NCBI GenBank assembly: GCA_051866775.1
Contig: JBJDXR010000038.1
Coordinates: forward strand, 175 to 64,174
Direction: 5' to 3'
Origin: Oscillospiraceae bacterium
Lineage (GTDB): Bacteria > Bacillota > Clostridia > Oscillospirales > Oscillospiraceae
DNA length: 64,000 bases
Under the pieces are notes generated by a model that made no database searches, was not told the origin of the DNA, and saw only the letters and a list, made by a program, of their open reading frames with translations. Within the stretch, counting starts at the first letter, position 1; every line of letters starts with the position of its first letter. This document shows, in pieces, positions 63,878 to 64,000 of this stretch. The translations under genes and the position numbers were made by a program.

Positions 63878-64000
63878 CTACATACTGCCTGAGCGCTGGT
63901 AATAGAACATATACTGCTGTGCAAGGCCCGCGTTATCCCCAAAAACCGCCGGATCAAGCCCGTCGGGATAATGCTCCCCAATGGCCTTTTTCATCCACAC
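63878..64000 (-). CDS. 3' end of an unidentified CDS whose 5' part lies outside the window
   Basis: My translation of the minus strand is open from the window edge to TAG at 63880-63878: ...VWMKKAIGEHYPDGLDPAVFGDNAGLAQQYMFYYQRSGSM*. It is too short to assign. Confidence 0.55.
   Translation of the reverse strand: MWMKKAIGEHYPDGLDPAVFGDNAGLAQQYMFYYQRSGSM

Noticed and set aside
1-64000. Window-wide search by eye for CRISPR arrays, IS elements or transposases, integrases, prophage modules, rRNA, and toxin-antitoxin or known defence cassettes.
   Set aside because: I saw no regularly spaced direct repeats, no DDE, serine or tyrosine recombinase-like translation in any listed ORF, and no phage structural genes. 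The only repeat structures are the tRNA-Gly duplication and hairpins reported above.

Overview
This 64-kb chromosomal segment reads like an anaerobic, endospore-forming Firmicute (Clostridia-like). Hand-counted 60-nt lines of typical genes are about 60-67% GC. I support about 53 CDS (two open at the window edges), two tRNA-Gly genes, and several consensus sigma-A promoters, intrinsic terminators and operator-like palindromes. No rRNA, CRISPR array, transposase, integrase or phage module is visible.

Gene content, left to right:
- A LacI-controlled sugar-acid-like locus: AstE/AspA-type deacylase, EFR1-type ferredoxin, a 508-aa orphan protein, then LacI, SDR, ManD-type enolase and amidohydrolase.
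- An AT-richer three-gene block: an ADP-ribosylglycohydrolase fusion, a nitroreductase and an orphan protein.
- Housekeeping genes: rlmD/rumA, ClpE-type ATPase, cvpA, truA, ecfA1-ecfA2-ecfT, a D-Ala-D-Ala carboxypeptidase, a monomeric [FeFe] hydrogenase and bofA.
- A long operon in which type IIA topoisomerase B and A subunit genes are separated by sdaAB/sdaAA and a secreted protein.
- A heterodimeric ABC exporter, a two-component system and LysR and MATE genes.
- A GH18/LysM/SLH/amidase cell-wall cluster.
- A six-gene ABC operon, then Sir2 (cobB-like) and IMP dehydrogenase.

Findings most worth a second look:
1. The ABC operon at 52.5-61.0 kb inserts an HlyD-type adaptor and a MacB-periplasmic-domain-only protein between sugar-importer permease genes and a MalK-type ATPase gene.
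2. The orphan protein at 2135-3661 has a last ~35 codons whose composition resembles a diversity-generating-retroelement variable region. No RT or template repeat is present in the window.
3. A triad of near-identical LacI-type operators sits in conserved promoter geometry.
4. The low-GC ADP-ribosylglycohydrolase-fusion operon lies next to a locally decayed rlmD tail with three A-run frameshifts in about 270 bp.
5. A scrambled partial duplication of tRNA-Gly(GCC) sits next to the intact gene.

All functional calls come from reading the translations and motifs by eye. No database search was run.
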